Shown in pieces: positions 38,828 to 50,716 of a stretch of DNA of 64,000 nucleotides; position 1 is the stretch's first letter, and each line of letters begins with the position of its first letter. The notes under the pieces are model-generated. The model made no database searches. It saw only the letters and a list, made by a program, of their open reading frames with translations, and was not told the origin of the DNA. Position numbers and translations under genes: made by a program. The stretch comes from Gekko japonicus (taxonomy: Eukaryota), in assembly GCF_001447785.1 (NCBI RefSeq), contig NW_015171536.1, positions 483,102 through 547,101 of the forward strand. Direction: 5' to 3'.

Positions 38828-40831
38828 GTGCTTCCCCTCCCTCCCCAGGCCAATTGCCAGGCAGCAGGTTGGCCGGAGGGAGAGGCCTGGATATACGTGA
38901 CCCAGGTCACTTGCCGTCCTCATGCCGTCCTCACGCCGTTCCATCGGCAGCTGGAGCTGCTTGCTGCTAGGTTGGCTGGAGGGAGAGGCCTGGATATACG
39001 TGACACAGGTCACTTGCCGTCCTCACGCCGTTCCATCGTGGGGAGCTGCCTGGGTGAAAGAGTGGAGGATGGTGGCCAGGTATGTCCCCCGGGGCATAGG
39101 ACCGCACCATACATGGAAGCCCCCCCCTGCAGCTGCTGGGACCGGCCGGGGGAGGCTGCTGTGCGCAGCTCTTCTTCTGGCCGCGCCAACCAGCATCAGG
39201 GCTCAGGCCAGGTGCAGTCGGCCTGGGGCATTGTGGCTCCCTCTGCTCGGCCACTCGGTCCATCAGGCCTTCCGCTGCCTCACCACTCCCTCCCCTGGGG
39301 CCTAGGGCCGCACCATTCCATGGCGCCCCCCGGCCACTGGGGGCTGGCCGTGGGGAGGCTGCTGAGAGTGGCCCCCTTTTGCGGCCACATGGTCAGCGGG
39401 CTTCGCGCAGCTCCACCCCTTCCGGCCGCGCCAGCCGGCATCAAGGCTTGGCCAGACGTGGGCAGCATGGGGCCTTGCGGATCCTCCGCACGGCGGCCCA
39501 GACCATCAGCCCAGCCACTGCCTCACCACTCCCTCCCCCGGGGCCCAGGACCATGCCATTCAGTGGTGCCCCCCGCCGCTGCTGGGGGGGTGGCTGGGGG
39601 TAGCTGCCATGTGTGGCTCCCCTTTTCAGCCATGGGGCGGTGGGCTGCATGCGGCCATGCCCCTCCCCCTACCAGGCTCCTGCCTGGGCACGTGTGGTTG
39701 GTGGGGGGGCCAGATGGTCCAAACATGGGAGCATGCCCCCCCTGGGCAACAGGCGGTTTAGCCAATAATCTCGGCCCCCTACCACGGGCGCGGAGACCCA
39801 GCGGGCAGCTGATGATGGCACCATTTGCCGCCGTGGGGGGTCCTCCACCAGCACGGCTACTCAGCAGTCGGCACGCAATAAGACCAAGGGGCAGGGGGGG
39901 CTCAGGCTTCTCAGCATGCCCCTGAGTTGAGACTGAGAGTGAGGATTCATCAGGTGAGGTTGCAGCAGGTGGGGACAGGCTGCCGCTGAGCGACTATTGG
40001 GCGGTAGCGGCCCATAAACTGGGGTTGCCGGCTTGGGCAATTCATCGTAGGGCCTTGACTGCCCGGGCCAACGGGGATCCCGGGGCGGTCTGTGATGACG
40101 TGGATGTGTCCGATCCATCCTCCACCTTGTCCACGTATTCAAATGGCGAGGATCCGCCGGGGTGTCACTTAACAGATGAGGTTTGGGATAGTATTTTAGA
40201 TTGGTATTATGTTAATGTCTTTACTTTGCACAAGAAATGAGGGGAAGAGGGTTGCATGTTGACATCAGGCAGGAAGGAAAGGAAGGACAGACACAAGGAG
40301 GTGGAGCACACCTTTCTCAACTGGATCTCTGGCTACTTGTTATACACGGGAGTAGTGGCGATGGTGTATCCGGAAAGGGGTTGGCATCTGCTTTACCACA
40401 TGAACAACGTGGTCAAAGCCAGGGTCCTGGCCAGCGAGGGTCTGGCCATTGACTATGACAAGACGTGCCGTAAGCTGGTGTCATGGGACAACAGGGCATG
40501 GTGGGACTTGTTACAGGACAAAGTTTGGCTCCTGGAGGTAGGACCCTGTATAAAAGGGAAAGGAGAGGTCAAACCCAAACGGGGATCCGTGAGGCGGGAT
40601 CGGGCACGAGGGGTATGCTGGGAATATAACCAAAGGTGGTGCCGGAGGGCATGGTGTAAATTCAGTCACAGTTGCAAACTGTGTGGTGGGGGGCACGGAT
40701 GGATTTATTGTGCGCAGTCATCAGTCAGCTACCAGCCCTTTCGGGGTGGCAAGCCCTCCTCCGGTGGCACCACCAACAAAGGGGGAGGGGGGTCTTCCGG
40801 CACCGCAGCCACTTTTTCGTCAAGACGCTAG
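38828..40831 (+). pseudogene. Ngaro ORF1 (gag-like) with C-terminal Cys/His zinc finger
   Basis: ORFs 38828-39925, 40025-40240 and 40256-40831 share one frame, separated by single TGA stops at 39923 and 40238. Motifs PPGCHLTDEVWDSILDWYYVNVFTL, TFLNW, and CWEYNQRWCRRAWCKFSHSCKLCGGGH. Confidence 0.75.
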
Positions 40832-40849
40832 CACCTCACGGGGATTTTG

Positions 40850-42351
40850 GTCCTGGGCAATTACCCCGGTGCGGGTATCGGCCTTGAGACTGCTCCTGTT
40901 GGCATTCCCCTCCAAGAAGGCTGGCCAATATATTTGGGCTTCCCCATCCCTTTCAAGGGCCTGCGCTGTGCCATGGATTCAGATAATCTGAGGTCAGCCA
41001 AGGACCTGCCTGACGTGGTTGCCAAAAAGCTCCAGAAGGAGCTTTCTGTGGGGCACATCGTGGGTCCTTTTAGTGATCCCCCTTTAGCGAACCTGAGGGT
41101 ATCCCTCTTGGGAGTAGTGCCTAAGAAGACACCGGGCAAGTATCGCTTCATTCATCATCTCTCCTATCGGAAGGGTTCTTCGGTGAACAACATGATTCCG
41201 CCAGAGCTTTGCTCAGTTCGATATGCCTCGTTTGATCATGCTGTCGGGCTGGTCAGAGCATGTGGGTGGGGGGTGCTAATGGCCAAATGTGATATCCAGT
41301 CAGCATTCCGGTTGCTTCCAGTCTGCCCAGATGACTTCTGCTTTCTGGGTTTCAAATTTGGAGCGGCCTGGTACATGGACAAGGCCGCGAGGGGGCGGTC
41401 TGGTACACGAGGGATCACTCATTATCTGGATGATTTTTCTTTGTCGGCCCCAGGGACAATGGCACCTGTGCAGAATCTTTGCGGGCATTTCAAGGGCTTG
41501 CTGAGGAACTTGGTGTGCCGTTGGCTGCGGATAAGACCAAGGGGCCGACAACGCAGTTGACTTATCTTGGTATTCAGCTTGATTCAGAGAGGGGGGCATC
41601 GAGATTGCCGGAGGAGAAGCTCTAGGCCCTTCAGGCGCTCATCACATTAGTACGGGTGTGTTCCAAGTGCACCTTGAGGGAACTACAGTCATTGGTGGGG
41701 CATCTGAACTTTGTGTGCCGGGTCATTTCTCCAGGCAGGGCCTTTTGCTCTCGGCTAAGCCGGGCAACAGAAGGGGTCAGAGCACCCCATCATCGTGTAC
41801 GGGTGACTAATGGCATGAAGGAGGATTTGGGAGTCTGGCTTCAGTTTCTTTTGGGGTACAACGGGGTCACCATTTGGCAACAGCCCCTGGATGTGCAGGA
41901 TGCCATTCAGATACACTCTGACATGGCCGGGGGTGCCATGTTTGGAGTCTTTTATGAAGGCCGCTGGTGTGCACAGCCTTGGCCCGAGGCCTGGGGGGGG
42001 GTTGGAAGTTCTCAAGGATCTCACCTTTTTAGAGCTCTTACCAATACTGGTGGCGGTTGTGATTTGAAGGGATCTCTTTCGGAACAGGAGGGTGCGATTT
42101 GGGTGCGACAACCAGGCGGTTATGCGTGTGATGCGTCTGAACAAGTGATGCGGCTGGTCTGCTGGCTGGCTTTAGTGTGCTTGGTGGATAACATTACATT
42201 TGCAGCCCATCACGTTCCAGGTGTGGATAACAGCATAACGGATGCTTTGTCTTGCTTTCAGGAGGAGCGCTTTCGCGCATTGGCACTGGAAGCCAACCAC
42301 GTTCCAGACCTCTTTCCGGAGGAGGTTTGGGAACTTGGGAAGGTACAATAA
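40850..42351 (+). pseudogene. Ngaro reverse transcriptase / RNase H (frameshifted, with stops and an internal deletion)
   Basis: LGVVPKK..GKYRFIHHLS, MAKCDIQSAFRLLP, HYLDDF (41423-41434), LQSLVGHLNF; RNase H motifs IHSD..GG, FGCDNQAV, HVPGVDNSITDALS. Confidence 0.9.
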
Positions 42352-43248
42352 GGCGGGGAATCTATGCCTCCATTGCCCCCTCCACTTTTCACTCTTACGC
42401 CAGGGCGATAGATGCCTTTTTCAACTTTACGGCGGAAGGCGGGGCCCCACAAACATGGCCCGTGGATGGGGAATGGGTGCTGCATTACATGGCTAGGCTT
42501 CAGGATAAAGGGTTTGCCCAGAGTACCATTCGGTGTCGCATGGCAGCCATTACATTTTTTAGTAAAGCGGAGGGGTTCATGGACCCTGCAACTCATTCCA
42601 AGCTTGTAGAGCGGTCGAGGGGTGGTGGAGGCTAGCAGTACAGTATCTGGATCACCGCAGGCCACTGACATTTAAATTATTAGAGCTAGTGTTGTGGGAG
42701 CTTCCGTCATTGTGTTGGTCCCCATATGAAACCGCGCTGTTCAAAGCTGCATTCGTGTTGGACTTTTTCGGGGCCCTGATGGTTGTTAAACTGGTAGCGG
42801 GCTCCAGACAATCATTCACCAATATGCCCTTGGGGGTTTGGGATGTTTTCATTGGGGTGGAAGGGGTCTCCTTGTTTATCAAGAGATCAAAGACGGATCA
42901 ATTGGGAAAATAAGCAAATTTGCACCTGGGCCCCCCCCCCCGGGGTGGCCATGCCCAGTACAGACCACGAGAGCATTCCTTGTGATGCGGCCACGGAAGG
43001 GCAGCCCCTTGCTCATCGACAGGGATGGGGCCCTGTTGACCAGGTACCAGTTCACGGGCGTGTTCAAGGTGGCACTGGGGGCTATGGACTTGCCCAGCAA
43101 GGAATTTGGGCCCCACTCATTTAGGATTTGGGCAGCAACCACGGCTGTGGGCCTCAGGATGTCCAAGATGCGCATAAGAGCCATTGGGCGGTGGCGCTCA
43201 ATGGCCTTCAAGGCATACATGCGGCCGCACCTGGTGGGTGGCCGATGA
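42340..43248 (+). pseudogene. Ngaro tyrosine recombinase (frameshifted)
   Basis: SIAPST..SY, FFGAL(M), IKRSKTDQ, CPV, HSFR (HxxR), IGRWRS and AFKAYMRP (catalytic Tyr). Confidence 0.9.
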
Positions 43249-43268
43249 GGGCATCTCTGCCTCCTCAG

Positions 43269-43845
43269 TTCCAGATCAGAAATGCATAAAGGCATGGATT
43301 TTTGGGCACAGCATCGTTCATTGGGCTGGTTTGTATGCATTTCTAGCTGGGGCAAGGATTTGGGGCTGGAGGCAGCCATTCGCATCACGTGGATGGCCCA
43401 GCGGGGTATGTGGTGGAGATTGTTACTGCCCTGGTTGGGCCATGTCAGGGCCTGACACTAACCTCCTGATGCATTGGTGCTCCAACTGGGGGAGAATGAT
43501 TTGACAGAACAACCCAGCGTGTGTCTGGAATGCAAGGTGCTGGCTGACTTAGCCTTCTTGCGTCAGGTATTGCCCAACACAGTTTTCTTTTGGTCGGATT
43601 GGCTGGAACGGAGGTCATGGTGAGGAGCGGCCTATCCTGGAAAAGTGGACGTGGCAAGGAGGAAGTTGTCTGGCAGGCTGGGCAAGGCGGTTGAGTCTGC
43701 AGACGGTGTTTGGATCAGCCACCCGAACATCTCCCACAGGTTGGGGGCCTTGTTCCGGGCAGATGGAGTGCACCTGTCAGCATGGGGTATGGACATATGG
43801 CTACAGGGAATACGTTATTCTCTCCACTCTTGGCTACAGCTGTAG
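43269..43845 (+). pseudogene. SGNH/GDSL hydrolase ORF carried by the Ngaro element (disrupted)
   Basis: Block I WIFGHS (43304-43312), block III LQLGEND (43489-43500) and block V DGVH (43762-43773), spread across frameshifts and stops. Confidence 0.85.
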
Positions 43846-45367
43846 AGGCATTGGCGGGAGAAGGACTAAGTGGTTTGTCCTGCTCTCGTGGCCGTGACAG
43901 CATGGGGCCGGATCCGTTTGGCGGAAATCAGCCTGTGTGCCATTTTCCCGAGGTGGGGACCCCGTAAGGGTCTTGGCATGAGGGCTGAAGGGAGCAGACA
44001 AGCTCAAGGACTAACAGCGATAGACCTCACCGCTAGGTGGCAGGGGAGTCCACACAGGGGCAGGCGTCCAGGTGAACCCTGGCAACCTGCCATCCTGCAG
44101 TCTCTACCCATGCTGGCTGGCTGGGTAACAGATATCTCAGCTGGCAGAAGGGTCAGCCGACGGGTCGGATCTGGTGGACCCATGCTGTGCCAATGCCTAT
44201 AACAGCTGTAATCAATAAAGTTGTGGCCAATTTTATCCACCTAATTTCCAAAGAACCTGTGTGTGAGTGGTCATTTGAACGGGGCAGTATAAGGCTGGCC
44301 AAGCCGCCCCATCCCGAATACGACCTGGAACCGCAAACAGAGTTACACCCTTCAAAATCTATGGAAGTTAACGTGTGGTTTAGGACTGCACTGTTAATGT
44401 AGGGTAGGTTCGAAGGGTAGCCGTGTTGATCTGCAGTAGTACAGCTAGGCAGGAAGCCAGTAGCACCTTAGAGAATTCCACTTTGGGAGGAGATGAAAAA
44501 TACTTGAGATAAAATGCTGCAAGAAAGCATTCTTTTTAATTGTGTATTTCAATGGAAGTATCAACTGATGACTCTGAAGAATGCTTAGAACTGTACTACT
44601 GCATGTTCCATAAGCCCAAGGGCAAAATATTGGGGTGGTGGGGAGAACAAAGAGAAGAGCCCAGGCAACAGTAGCTGTATTCAAAATGGTACTGTTTCTG
44701 TTTAACACAAAGATGGACACCTCTTAGCAACAGGGAAATGAGTTCTCATTAATACCTCCTTGCATATGATCTTCGACAAGTCAAACGGATCAAGTGCCCC
44801 CATCCCTCTTCCCTTCCTTGGCTTGGGCTCTGCCATGGGCCCATCTCCTCAGGTTGCTATGAATGATCAGCACAGCACCCTGTCAGCCACACACTTTATC
44901 TCTCCTTTGGAATCTAGCATGTGCAGCAGGCAAAGACTAGGACTGGGTTGTGGTGATGGGCGTCATGTTCAAGCTGCAGAGGTGGCATGTACACAGAGAA
45001 GAAAAGCAGAGGAGAGGGAGGGAGGGAGTAAGAGCCCAAATGAGGAGGACCATGTGCCGTGTACCAGGCTCTGGAGATTGAGGGGCCTGGCTGACATGGG
45101 CTCCAACTCTATTACCACAAAGAGGGAGGGGGGGACAGGCAAAACCACAGGGTATTATGCTATGGATATTATGGAATCTTATTTCCCTATATGTATGAGA
45201 TATACCTATCTACCATACAACAATCTTATAAGATTTGCTGAAACCAATGAGAAGTAATGTTAGAGCAACTTTTCTGAACAGTTATGACATTTCCTGCAAT
45301 CAACCAAATATATGTTAGATCTCATCAGAGAGAAAAAAAGGCATACAGTGAGACGTGCTAGTCTTAC

Positions 45368-45489
45368 CTGTCCAAAGATTGCATTTTCACACACATATAT
45401 TTCATAATATTTGGAAAGTTCTGGTGCATATTCATTGACATCAGCAACTTGGATAGAAACATTCACATTTGATGTTTGTTTGGGGTTCA
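45368..45489 (-). CDS. CDH19: CDH19 coding exon, EC4 end and EC5 start (MNPKQTSNVNVSIQVADVNEYAPELSKYYEIYVCENAIFGQ)
   Basis: ORF 45260-45523 contains YYEIYVCEN; AG acceptor and GTAAG donor; 122 nt. Confidence 0.92.
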
Positions 45490-46812
45490 CTGAATGAAAT
45501 GGAACAAAAACCAGGATCAACATCTTGGACTAAATTCTATGGCATGTGATGTGTTCTAACAGTTGTTACAAATGCTCACCTTTTAGCCAATAACAGTAGG
45601 TAGACAGCAAATATCAAAGGATGAAGCAGAACTATAATCCACATCTCACACTATTCTTCTTATCACAAAGGAAAATGACACATTGTAAGCCATTTGGGTT
45701 ATGTTGTCAAAACTACCCATATATAACAGTGCAGAAAAGACTGCAGAGAGGGGCATAACTTTGTTTGTGGAATAGCACATGCATAGCATAAATAATGTCT
45801 CTGCAATACGTTTGCTACCAAACAGCCCTATTAAAAGTCCCGTGCATAACTGAAAGTCTTACACCATCAAAACCATCACTGGAGACAGTCCACTTATGTG
45901 GATTGGCTGCCCAAGACTCTTACAATTTGGCTTAGCACCTTCCCATGTAGTCATCCTTTTGATGCATTTATATGATTACTAGGAATAAAGCCCATTGTGG
46001 AAATAAATACAATGAGCTCTAGAAAGATGCTCTGGATGGGTACCCTGGCCTTGGGCACTTAGCGTAAATTTGCTGTGGCTACCTCAGCAGGGTATAATGA
46101 CACAAAGTTCACCATTTTCTCCAGGGGAATGGATCTCTGCCATCTAAAGAGCAGTTGTAATTCTTAGTGATCTCCAGCCCTCACCTGGAGATTGGCAGCA
46201 ATGATTCCCCAGTAGAAAATAATTGCTTTGGAGGGCAGACTCAATGGCATTCTATTCAGCTGAGGCCCCTCCCCTCCACAAATTCTGGCTTTCATAGACT
46301 CAATCAAAAAATATCCAGGAATTTCCCAACCTGGAGCTGACAACCCTAGCTCAGGACTGACCCCAATGAGTTTTCCACAAAGGCCAAAGTAGGCCTGGAA
46401 GGGGCCTCCTGCCTTTATCTTTTTACTGACAGAACCAAGCTTGGTTGCCTAGCAACAGCCACTGAGGGAAAAGTTAGCCCCACAGCAGGAGGAGAAGAGT
46501 ATGGTTTGACAGCTGGTGGCCTACCTCAGTAGCCAGCCAGCCACAGAGGAGCCAAGCAGAAGTAGAAGTGTGTTCATCAGGACAGACAGCTGTTTTGGCA
46601 GCTTATTCTGTCAGGGAAGTGTATCCAGGCTGGCAGTGGGTGGGGGAGAGGAGCGGACCCAGCCCCCAGCCAATGGTGGTTCGCAGGTCAATGCCTGATG
46701 GAGTGCACAGCACAGCCAATGGCCAATCGGAGAGCCAGAAAGTGCCAATTTGCTGTGTGTGTGTGTATGATTATTGCTTAAATCATGTAGCCTGAATGGC
46801 TTATCACACACC

Positions 46813-47191
46813 CAGGTCTTTTTTTGTAGAAAAAGCACAGCAGGAACTCATTAGCATAACAGGCCACACCCAACAGCAGAAACACATTAGCATATTAGGC
46901 TACATCCCTGACAGCAGCTAATTAGCATATTATGCCACACCCCACATTGCCAGAAGTGTGGTCATCCAGCCACACTCACCTTTTGCTTCTTATTCTGTTT
47001 ACCTTTGTTGTCAAAACCCAGGGCTTTTTTTGTAGCAGGAACCCTTTGTATGTTAGGCCACGCACCCCAGTCTTAATGAGTTTCTGCTGTTGGGTGTGGC
47101 CTATTATGCTAATGAGTTCCTGCTGGGCGTGGCCAACTCGGGAGTTAGCAGGAACTCCGTTCCTGTGCGTTCCTGCCCAAAAATAGCCCTG
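46813..47191. mobile_element. hAT-type MITE, composite (extra internal left end at 47019)
   Basis: Perfect 8-bp TSD cacacacc; caggtcttttttt / aaaaatagccctg ends. Confidence 0.8.
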
Positions 47192-47540
47192 CACACACCA
47201 ATGATTGTGAACCTGCAGGAATCTGCCCCAGCTCCTTGCTAGAGCACCACTGTGCAGCATTAAAGCCCTTCTCAGTGGCCCATTCTGCACCTAGTATTCG
47301 CTCCATTGTTTTACCAAACCCACACTGGAATACAAAAAGATGCGGCTCAAAACCACATTTAAATACCCTGGGCTAATGCCGTACTGACTGCAAAGTCACC
47401 CCTGAATGGCCATAAAATAGCCATAAATCTATGCAGACAGTACCATAAAATCACGAGATCAAAGAAAGTGAAACTGCATGCAGTGTGGAGGCTACCATAA
47501 AATCTGACAATCAAATAAACTGAAAGTGGCATGCAATGTA

Positions 47541-47800
47541 GAGAAGAAGAAGAGATTGGATTTATCCCCCACCCTTCACTACCCAAGGGAGTCTCAGAAT
47601 GGCTTACAAACTCCTTTCCCTTGTCCTCCCCACAACAGACACCCTGTGAGAGCTCTGACAGAAACTGCTCTTTTTCAAGAACAGCTTTTATCAGAACTAC
47701 GGCTTGCCCAAGGTCATCCAGCCAGGTGCAAGTGGAGGAGTGGGGAATCAAACCCAGTTCTCCCATATTAGAGTCTGTGCACTTAACCAATACATTCCAA
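47541..47800 (-). mobile_element. Squam3-like SINE
   Basis: Near-identical to 50431-50716; (GAA)n tail. Confidence 0.85.
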
Positions 47801-48914
47801 CATGGATTTGGTAAAACAGCGGAGTGAATGCTAAATGCAGAATGGACCAGTGTGAATCAAAGGCTGAAGACTGCTAAGGTTAGTAATGAGTATGGAAAGG
47901 GTACAGATCCCTATCTATCAAATCCCATTTAAACAAAACATCAGGCAAGCCACATGAATAGGGGTGCCAACTTTCTTTGTCTATCAAAGCTCCTGTGCCT
48001 TTGAAAGCTGCATTGGAAGACCACTGGATTCACATCTCACATTATTCCTCTCATCACAAAGGAAAATGACACATTGTGGGTCATTTGGGTTATGGTGTCA
48101 AAACTGCCCATATATAACAGTGCAGTGTATCCCTTGTCCATGATGGGTACAATGGTGGCTGTCAGATTGCTTGCAATGGGACAAGAGCCAGTCTAGAACA
48201 AGAGAATAGGCATGACACAGCAGTACACACACACACATCATTGCAGGTATTGGTTTTTTGCACTGCTAATTGACAGCCAGCACATCATTGGTCACTGGGA
48301 GCAGAAAGGAAAGACTATATTATATGTCAACTAAGACTGCTTATAGTATATTAGACCCCTACAGTTAAAATATACATTGTGATTCTTTTCATGCTATATA
48401 TTTATTTGCTTCATTTATTTCCTATCTTTCTCGCTGAGACTCAAAATGGATTATACAAAGCAAAAATGAGGCATTCAATTAATGATTGAGGATTACAAAG
48501 ATTACAAACAATATAAAAAAGAATCAGACATGATATATCATAAGGAAATGCAGAAAACGGAATTATAAAAGCAGAAGGCAATGCAATAAGATCATAATAT
48601 GTACAATAGACCGTGGAATAGTTTACAGTCCTGTTCCCTTTGTTTTACACAGTCTGTAGAATATTTTTCTTTTGATATTATTTGTTTTTGAGGTCCCTTT
48701 ACCCTGAAAAAACCCAGCTCAAAACTTTGAAAGAAACAGCATCAAGTTATCATTAATGGATCAGCTGGGATTTTCCTTTACTCTTATGTAGGTAGAGATC
48801 AGTATTTTGACACTTGCTGTCCACATTCCTCATTGGATATTGTGCTATCAATGTGCCATAGCAATCACTGTATTCTCCACACAGGAAAATTTAGCTGCAA
48901 ATGAATGCTGTAGC

Positions 48915-49120
48915 CAATGCTCCCTCTAAGCTGTAGAGTCTTGTGAGCAAGAATTCTACTTTGTGAGCTACCAGCATTAAAGTTGTGAGCGAGCGATTTG
49001 GCTACTGCATAAATGAGTTTGCTCTGGAGCCATCCTTCCTGAGCTAAGACTAAAATGTGTGAGCCAGAGGCTAAAAAACCGTGAGCTAGCTCACACTAAC
49101 TCAGCTTAGAGGGAACACTG
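48915..49120. mobile_element. hAT MITE (206 bp)
   Basis: TIRs caatgctccctctaagctg / cagcttagagggaacactg; perfect TSD gctgtagc. Confidence 0.9.
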
Positions 49121-49754
49121 GCTGTAGCACAACCATAGCAAAATATCCAAGTATATGCAAATATAGCTATGTTGTGTTCCACAGTCATAAATATGCATTT
49201 TAAAAAATCTTCTGAATCCAAAGGAATGGTAACTAATTCGCATTTTTAAAAAATATATGAGATCTATATAAGGGGTGCTTTCCAGGTTTAATTGCAACTA
49301 TACAGAAGTCTGACTGATTTAGGCCCTGCTTTCACAACTAACTTGAAGCATGAGTTTCTGACTGGTGTTAAATTAAACCCTGACTGATTTTGTATCTGTC
49401 AAAAAAAAAATCTGCTGTGAAATTAACCAGGGTCTAATTTAGCATAAGATTTTGTACCAGAAGAGTAATTTGTATGCCTTAATATTGCTTAAACAGTTAG
49501 AGATCCCATTCTGTTACATTTCTCTCTCTTCCCCATCTTGTTGGGTAGTCTTTTATGAACGAGTACAAGACCTTGAAGCTCAAACATTATTTTGCTTCCA
49601 CCAAACTCATCATTTGAATAATACCTCAAAATGTAACAATCAATAGTGACAAAATGAGAAAAGAGCAATTCAGAAAGCAGGGATATTTGGAAGATAAGTG
49701 CAATGAAGGGATCCAGTATCTCAAGCAGAGGGTGCCTTAAAAATTCTTACTCAC

Positions 49755-49891
49755 TTGATTCGGTGGCTGCAATAATTAAATAGTGCAACGGTGCTGCCTC
49801 TCGATCCAGGGGCTTAGTTACAATGATTGTTCCATTGTGTTCACTGATGCTGAACCATCTCTTTAAATAATTGTCGGGGACAATAGAATAC
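49755..49891 (-). CDS. CDH19: CDH19 coding exon, EC4 (YSIVPDNYLKRWFSISEHNGTIIVTKPLDREAAPLHYLIIAATES)
   Basis: KPLDRE motif; AG acceptor and GTGAG donor; 137 nt; phase-compatible with neighbours. Confidence 0.92.
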
Positions 49892-50430
49892 CTGCACCAC
49901 AAAGTGAAAAAAATGAGACTTGCTCATGCACCAAAAGGTTCCTACTGAAACAAGGACATATAAGCTATTGTCATCTAGAGAGAGCACTCTATTGACATGA
50001 ATATGGATGTGTGCTCCAAAACTCAGAAATCATGAAAAATGTACACTAATAAACATTTAAACTTCACTGCTGCCAGGATCAAAGCACTTCTTTTTAGAAA
50101 ACTAAATATGCCTCAGACCAATATTAATGTGAACCAAATCTAAAATGTATTATTCATTCTTATTTCACAGGGAGGCTCCCAGCAGGTGAATGATTCAATG
50201 GAAAAGAAACAGCAAAGTGCCACTTGTGAAATGACTAACACTGACAACCAAGTTGGGATGGAACAGTACACTTATTTCATCATGGACTTGATGCAGTGCC
50301 AAAAAAGCACCAGAGGGATGGAGTAACAAAATATCAATTTTAGAATGTCTTCTATTTCTATTCTATATGGTTTTAGAAGGAAATATTTCTGGAGAAATAG
50401 AAATGGGACTGCTTCTTAGAAAGTGTCTCT

Positions 50431-50716
50431 GAAGGAGGAGGAGGAGGAGGAGATTGGATTTATACCCCGCCCTTCACTACCCAAAGGAGTCTCAGAGAGG
50501 CTTACAGACTCCTTTCCCTTCTCCTCCCCACAACAGACACCCTGTGAGGTAGGTGGGGCTGAGAGAGCTCTTGACAGAAACTGCTCTTTTTCAAGAACAG
50601 CTGTGCCAGAACTATGGTTTGCCCAAGGTCATCCAGCCAGGTGCAAGTGGAGGAGTGGGGAATCAAACCCGGTTCTCCCAGATTAGAGTCCGCGCACTTA
50701 ACCACTATACCAAACC
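50431..50716 (-). mobile_element. Squam3-like SINE
   Basis: Full tRNA-like head and L2-like tail; (GAG)n end. Confidence 0.85.

Larger units (their letters stand above)
38715..44335 (+). mobile_element. Ngaro-type (DIRS order) tyrosine-recombinase retrotransposon, near full length, decayed
   Basis: GC-rich block with ordered gag-like ORF1, RT, RNase H, YR and SGNH hydrolase. AATAAA at 44214-44219. No LTRs and no clear TSD. Confidence 0.9.

Noticed and set aside
45420-45445. DVNEY in place of DxNDN at the EC4-EC5 linker
   Set aside because: This linker is already non-canonical in recalled mammalian CDH19, so it is weak evidence of anything lineage-specific.
45978-46030. Possible Helitron-like terminus (actagg..aagcccattg..caatgagctctag)
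   Set aside because: No matching opposite end could be identified with confidence.
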